Positions 59,599-64,000 of a DNA stretch of 64,000 bases are shown here, in pieces. The DNA comes from an uncultured Gemmatimonadaceae bacterium (GTDB lineage Bacteria > Gemmatimonadota > Gemmatimonadetes > Gemmatimonadales > Gemmatimonadaceae). Where the stretch lies: the NCBI GenBank assembly GCA_963790305.1, contig CAWBOC010000005.1, forward strand, positions 416,001 to 480,000, written 5' to 3'. The notes under the pieces are model-generated. The model made no database searches. It was not told the origin of the DNA and saw only the letters and a list, made by a program, of their open reading frames with translations. The first letter of the stretch is position 1. Each line of letters begins with the position of its first letter. The position numbers were made by a program, and so were the translations under genes.

Positions 59599-59654
59599 GC
59601 GCAACCCGAGTCACCGTGCCGGGTATGATCACTGAACGATTTCTCGAGGTTCGA

Positions 59655-60098
59655 ATGCGGACGACGATCGTGTTGCTGGCCATCGCCGTGCTCGCGGTCG
59701 CGGTCCTGGGGGCCTGCCGCGCGGAAGACGATGAAACGCCCGATAGCGCCGCCGCCGACACCGTCTCCGCGAATGACACGGTGCCGAGCGGCGACACCGT
59801 CGCGGCGCACAGCGCCTCCCTGGCAACGTCGCCGCGTCAGCGCCCACCGCGTTCGATACCAACCATTCGCCGCGCCGGAGATACCGTGACCGATTCGACG
59901 CTCCCCCCAGACGACTCGATCCGCGCCATGCGCCCGGAGATGCCGAAAGTCACCCCGGAAAAGCGGCCGCGCACCTGGCGCGGCTTCAAGCTTCCGGAGG
60001 AAATGCCGGTCCGTCCGCCGGTGGAGACGCTCCAGCAGGTGGAGCGCCTGCCTGATTCCGTGACGAAGGGCGATTCGACGAAACCGCTGTTGCCCTGA
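59655..60098 (+). CDS. Hypothetical low-complexity lipoprotein
   Basis: Lipobox LGAC; GAGG SD; disordered Pro/Thr/Asp-rich body. Confidence 0.65.
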   Translation: MRTTIVLLAIAVLAVAVLGACRAEDDETPDSAAADTVSANDTVPSGDTVAAHSASLATSPRQRPPRSIPTIRRAGDTVTDSTLPPDDSIRAMRPEMPKVTPEKRPRTWRGFKLPEEMPVRPPVETLQQVERLPDSVTKGDSTKPLLP

Positions 60099-60101
60099 CC
60101 G

Positions 60102-61004
60102 TTAGGCGGTGTCGCTCTTCTCGAGCCGGGCGAGCGCGACGGAGCCTAACACGATCGCCGTCGCCGTCGCTTCGCGCACGCCGAAGCGCTCGTTGAGGAT
60201 CAACGCGCCGACGATCACCGCCACGATGGGATTCACATACCCGTAGAGCGAGACCTTCGCCACCGGCAAGTGCTGGAGCGCGTACACGAACGCGACGTAT
60301 CCCAGCAGCGATCCGAACACGAGCAGGTAGAGGAACGCCTCCCACCCGCGCCGGTCCGGGCTCAGGTGGGCCCACTCGCCGAAGAGCGTGCCGATCAGAA
60401 GCATCACGATGCCGCCGGCCAGCATCTGTAGACCCGCGGCCAACAGCGGTGGAACGATCGCACGGCGACTCACGACGTACACGGATCCCGCCGCCCACGA
60501 GATCGACCCGAGCTGCAGCATCACGACGCCCCAGAGAAACTCCCGATTGGCGGGCCGCGGGCTCGCGAGCTCCGGCCACACGAGCACGACGACGCCGGCG
60601 AGTCCTGCGAGCAAGCCGAACCAGTTCAGTGGAGCAAGGCGGTGACCGCGCGGCGTGAGCGCGCTGATGACAACGGTCCAGATCGGCATCGTACTGACCA
60701 TGACCGCCGTAATTCCGCTCGGCACATGCCGCTCGGCGAGAATGACCGCCGCATTTCCTCCGACCAGCAAGAGGGTCCCGGCGATCGCCGTCTCCCGCAG
60801 CAACCGGGCGTCGCGAGGAACCCGGACACCGCGCAATCGCATCGCGAGAATCACGATCGTCCCGGCGGCGGCGAAGCGAAGCCCTCCGAAAAGAAAAGGC
60901 TCCCACGTCGTGACCGCCACGCGGATGGCGAGGTAGGTCGTGCCCCACAGGACGCACACCGCGCCCCACGCGGCCCACGCGAGCCGCCGTTCACGCGACG
61001 TCAG
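60102..61004 (-). CDS. EamA/DMT family transporter
   Basis: LWGTTYLAIR, LRFAAAG, VPSGITA, YLLVFGSLLGY, YVNPIVAV..LNE. TM1 extends upstream of GTG 60959, so a CTG start at 61004 is proposed. Confidence 0.9.
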   Translation of the reverse strand: MTSRERRLAWAAWGAVCVLWGTTYLAIRVAVTTWEPFLFGGLRFAAAGTIVILAMRLRGVRVPRDARLLRETAIAGTLLLVGGNAAVILAERHVPSGITAVMVSTMPIWTVVISALTPRGHRLAPLNWFGLLAGLAGVVVLVWPELASPRPANREFLWGVVMLQLGSISWAAGSVYVVSRRAIVPPLLAAGLQMLAGGIVMLLIGTLFGEWAHLSPDRRGWEAFLYLLVFGSLLGYVAFVYALQHLPVAKVSLYGYVNPIVAVIVGALILNERFGVREATATAIVLGSVALARLEKSDTA

Positions 61005-62908
61005 CGGTCGGGCGGAGTGGGAGCGGGCTCGAGAGAGCGCTCGATCGTGTCGAGTCGCGCGCGCCGGTGCTCGAGCTCTCGACGAATCGCTTCACGCTCG
61101 ACGGAATCAGCGGCCCGCCGCGACGCCTCGCGCGCCAGCGCCACGGAATCGGCGCGCGCTCGACGAACGGGCGAACGTCGACGCGTACGCGCGACGGGAT
61201 AGCGGGCGTTTCTCGACGGCACGACGGCCGCGACGCGCAATGACTCCTGCAGCGGTGCGCGGTCAGGCGGAGGTGTCGCTTCACGCGCCGCCGCGGTATC
61301 TGTGAGGAGTGTTTGAGGCGCCACACCGCTGTCGGGCAACGGGAACGTCAACGGAGGAAGACTGTCGAGCACCGCCGGAGCCGGGGCGGCGATGCCTGAC
61401 GACTCGGTCGTAACACGCCCGTCTTCACCGCGCAGGGTGACGAACGCGACGAACGCGACAGCTACCGTCGCCGCGGTCACGATCGCGGCGCGCGCGTGAT
61501 CAGATGCCGGCGGCGGCGGTACCGGACGCAACTCCTCAGCGGGGATCGGGACGACGACCGAACGAGGGGTTGGCCGTGGCGAAGGAGGCGCCGGTTCCTG
61601 CACCGCCGTTTCCACCGCAGCTACCTGCCCCTCGGCCGGTGGCGCGACGACCGGTTCCGACGCAGCGGTCGCGACCACCGGCGCTATCGAAGGTGTCTCG
61701 GCCGCCTGTCTCTCGTTCGCGGGCGGGTCTTCGACAACCGGCTCAGCGACGCGCGTGACCGGCGGGGTCACGGTGGCGCCGCCCTCCGGCGGAGTGCGAC
61801 GTCGCGCTGCGTAGGCGCGCGGAAGCACCTGACCGCCCTCGGTGCGCGCGAGCGGGACTGTTTGCGCAGCGCGCGCCACCACTGGTGCCGCCGCCTTTCG
61901 ACGGCGGGCTTCCTCCTCGGCAGCCGCGACGGTGTCCACAGGGACTGGCAGGAGTGGTGGCAGCGGTGGGGAAGGTGCGGGCGGTGGTGCGGGCGGTGGC
62001 TCGGGCAGTCGCTCCGGCGGCCGCTCGTCAGGCGGTGGCGGGGCGATGCTCACGGCCGGCTCGACGTCGCGCACCTCGCGCGGTCGCGTGGAAATCACCG
62101 GCAGGGCGCGGTCCACGTCGACCGCGACGTTGGGATCGATTACATCACTCCCTGCGCGTGGCGGCTCGAGCGCGACGACCGAGGGACGCGCCGCCTCCGG
62201 AGCAACTCCGGGACGTGCACCTGCGCAGTGACAGCCAAGCGAAGGTGCCACGTCGAAAAGCACGCGATCCCTGAAGAGCAGGCGCTGCGCGAGCTCGGTC
62301 TTCCAGTCATCGGTGATGATCTCTTCGAGCGCATGCGCATTGGCTTCGCTCACGAGCATGTCCGATGTAGGCGCCCCCCCTGGGACGGAGCGGTATCGGC
62401 GACGGTCCGGTGGGAGCACGGACTCGAAGACCTCCGGCTGCGCGTGCAGGTCGATGTCCAGCTGCGTCAGCACGCCGAAGAATTGCATCGGCGTCAGACG
62501 CGCGTCGATCGCGGGGTCGTGCGCACCCGGACACGCCCCGACGTACGTAATGCGGACGCGGTTGTAGCCGTAGAGGGCGCGAAGGTACCGCGCGCACGCG
62601 ACGGGCGGTGCCACGAGTGGTACGAGAAAGCGAGCCAGGTCGGACCCGACTTCCAGCAGCGCATCGCTCACATGCGGACATGCGCAGAAGATGGCCGGGT
62701 CATCGCCACGTGCGGCAACCCGCCGCATGCATGCTGTGGCGAGCAGCTCGTCCCCCCATGTCACGGGATAGACGGCAGCATAGCCAGCAGCCTGGCACGC
62801 GTGTGCGAGTTGCACGGGCGTTGCCGGCCGCGCCGCGAGCAACGCATCGACGCCAAGGATGGCGACCGATGGCAGTGGCGCGCCCGACGTATTCGAAGCG
62901 GGCGACAT
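61001..62908 (-). CDS. Membrane-anchored protein with degenerate [FeFe]-hydrogenase/Nar1-like N-terminal domain and Pro-rich linker
   Basis: VYPVTWGDEL, PAIFCACPHV, VAPPVACARYLR, ITYVGACPG, GCHCAG; Pro-rich stretch; one TM (AAIVTAATVAVAFVAFV). Confidence 0.6.
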   Translation of the reverse strand: MSPASNTSGAPLPSVAILGVDALLAARPATPVQLAHACQAAGYAAVYPVTWGDELLATACMRRVAARGDDPAIFCACPHVSDALLEVGSDLARFLVPLVAPPVACARYLRALYGYNRVRITYVGACPGAHDPAIDARLTPMQFFGVLTQLDIDLHAQPEVFESVLPPDRRRYRSVPGGAPTSDMLVSEANAHALEEIITDDWKTELAQRLLFRDRVLFDVAPSLGCHCAGARPGVAPEAARPSVVALEPPRAGSDVIDPNVAVDVDRALPVISTRPREVRDVEPAVSIAPPPPDERPPERLPEPPPAPPPAPSPPLPPLLPVPVDTVAAAEEEARRRKAAAPVVARAAQTVPLARTEGGQVLPRAYAARRRTPPEGGATVTPPVTRVAEPVVEDPPANERQAAETPSIAPVVATAASEPVVAPPAEGQVAAVETAVQEPAPPSPRPTPRSVVVPIPAEELRPVPPPPASDHARAAIVTAATVAVAFVAFVTLRGEDGRVTTESSGIAAPAPAVLDSLPPLTFPLPDSGVAPQTLLTDTAAAREATPPPDRAPLQESLRVAAVVPSRNARYPVARTRRRSPVRRARADSVALAREASRRAADSVEREAIRRELEHRRARLDTIERSLEPAPTPPDR

Positions 62909-63064
62909 CGTGGGTTTGTGTCCCGGGGGGAGACACCCCAATAGAAGCGAATATCGGGCTCCTGTCCAGCGCGGCCCATTCATTGCTGAAGTGCAACACG
63001 TGGGTGCGCGGTGCTCTGCCCGCGACACGATTCACCTCAAGCGCAGTCGTCTGCAGGTCGTGAC

Positions 63065-63799
63065 GTGACAGCCGTAGCCGTAACGAGGATCGCGCGACTC
63101 TCGCGCGACGACCGAGATGCACTCGCGGCCTTCGGGGCGCGAGCGACCTGGCCGAGTGGATTCGCGGTGTACGAGCGTGGAACCCCGGCCGATGGAATTT
63201 TCATCGTCCTCCGCGGACAAATCGTGCTGCGGAATCGGCTCGGCGCCGGACGCAGCTTCGTGCCGTGGATCGCCACTGCCGGAGAGACGTTCGGCGGCGA
63301 AGGCCTCGTGCACGGTGGTCGCTACGTGAGCGACGCGCGGGCCGAGGAGGAAAGCGAGACGCTGCACCTGACCACGTCGCGCGTGAGCGCGCTGATGCGG
63401 GAGCAGCCAGCCGCGGCGCTCGCTCTCGTCCGGCAGATCATGGCCGAGAGATCCGAGCTTCTGGAGCGATTCGGCGAGCACGCGACGCTGACGGTCGAAC
63501 AGAGGCTCATCGCGGCGCTGCTGCGACTGGCCCAGAGCCGGACGCCTGGTGACGGCGCGGCCACATCGGCGGTGTTGCCACGGCGCCTGCTCGGAGAGCT
63601 CGTGGGCGCTACGCGCGAATCGATATCCCTGGTGCTGGGCAGGCTCACTGCCGACGGGCTGGTTCAGCGTGAAGGCAACGGCCTGATCATCACCGATCTC
63701 GAGGGGCTCGCCCGGCGTTTCGAGCAGTCTGGGCGCGGGGGAGTGAGTGCCATCGACGTCCATGACGACCGTCCCTCACTGCATACCTCCGTCGGGTAG
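63065..63799 (+). CDS. Crp/Fnr family transcriptional regulator
   Basis: VYERG..DGIFIVLRG, GETFGGE, VEQRL, LGELVGATRESISLVL HTH. Confidence 0.9.
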   Translation: MTAVAVTRIARLSRDDRDALAAFGARATWPSGFAVYERGTPADGIFIVLRGQIVLRNRLGAGRSFVPWIATAGETFGGEGLVHGGRYVSDARAEEESETLHLTTSRVSALMREQPAAALALVRQIMAERSELLERFGEHATLTVEQRLIAALLRLAQSRTPGDGAATSAVLPRRLLGELVGATRESISLVLGRLTADGLVQREGNGLIITDLEGLARRFEQSGRGGVSAIDVHDDRPSLHTSVG

Positions 63800-63905
63800 G
63801 CGCTTTCGCCGGAGGACCTGATCGCTCGACGCGCCGCTGCGGACCACCACAGCGGCGCGTTACTATTCCGGCGATGGCACCCCCGACACCGCATCGCTCC
63901 GCGGC

Positions 63906-64000
63906 GTGACGACCACGATCGTCGCGCTCGTCCTCATCATCGCGGCGTTCGCGGTGGCGCGCAGCGCACGCGCATGGTGGGTCGCACGCGGTGTCGCGCT
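63906..64000 (+). CDS. Hypothetical protein, 5' part only
   Basis: GTG-initiated open frame MTTTIVALVLIIAAFAVARSARAWW running off the window end. Confidence 0.45.
   Translation, partial: MTTTIVALVLIIAAFAVARSARAWWVARGVA

Noticed and set aside
63021..63036. CRP-like site CGCGA-N6-TCACC in the divergent intergenic region
   Set aside because: Three mismatches to TGTGA-N6-TCACA in GC-rich DNA; not distinguishable from chance.

Overview
GC-rich, gene-dense bacterial chromosomal segment. Gene style suggests Gemmatimonadota, but that is an inference and was not tested. From left to right: parB-parA with two variant parS-like palindromes, a SIMPL protein and mnmG (origin-proximal signature, rsmG absent); several hydrolases; a GMC/Gfo oxidoreductase pair with a duplicated-domain membrane protein; ArsC-like and ABC-F genes; and a long minus-strand run (BNR protein, TlpA, murB, two esterases, two ATP-grasp ligases, YbdK-type ligase, C26 peptidase, DASS transporter). 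Next come two cupredoxins, one behind a CRP/Rex-type palindrome, then a degenerate Wzc-like protein, a lipoprotein and a cyclase-less lasso-type B1/B2/nucleotidyltransferase module. After ispG, csp and an OmpA-family gene lies a complete double-glycine peptide export cluster: two small anionic precursors, a CPBP/Abi protease, HlyD and a C39-peptidase ABC transporter. The rest holds a divergent argRGH/argCBD cluster with tandem ARG boxes, three consecutive outer-membrane beta-barrels (one fused to NlpC/P60), hydrolases, an Smr protein, an M28 peptidase, EamA, and a degenerate [FeFe]-hydrogenase-like membrane protein divergent from a Crp/Fnr regulator. Two genes carry +1 frameshifts. No rRNA, tRNA, CRISPR array or transposase was recognised. 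The best candidates for undescribed systems are the anionic two-peptide export cluster (38.0-42.8 kb), the orphan RRE/B2/NTase module (28.5-33.4 kb), the hydrogenase-like/Crp pair (61.0-63.8 kb) and the multi-ligase operon (15.5-23.1 kb). All calls come from reading motifs by eye; no database search was run.
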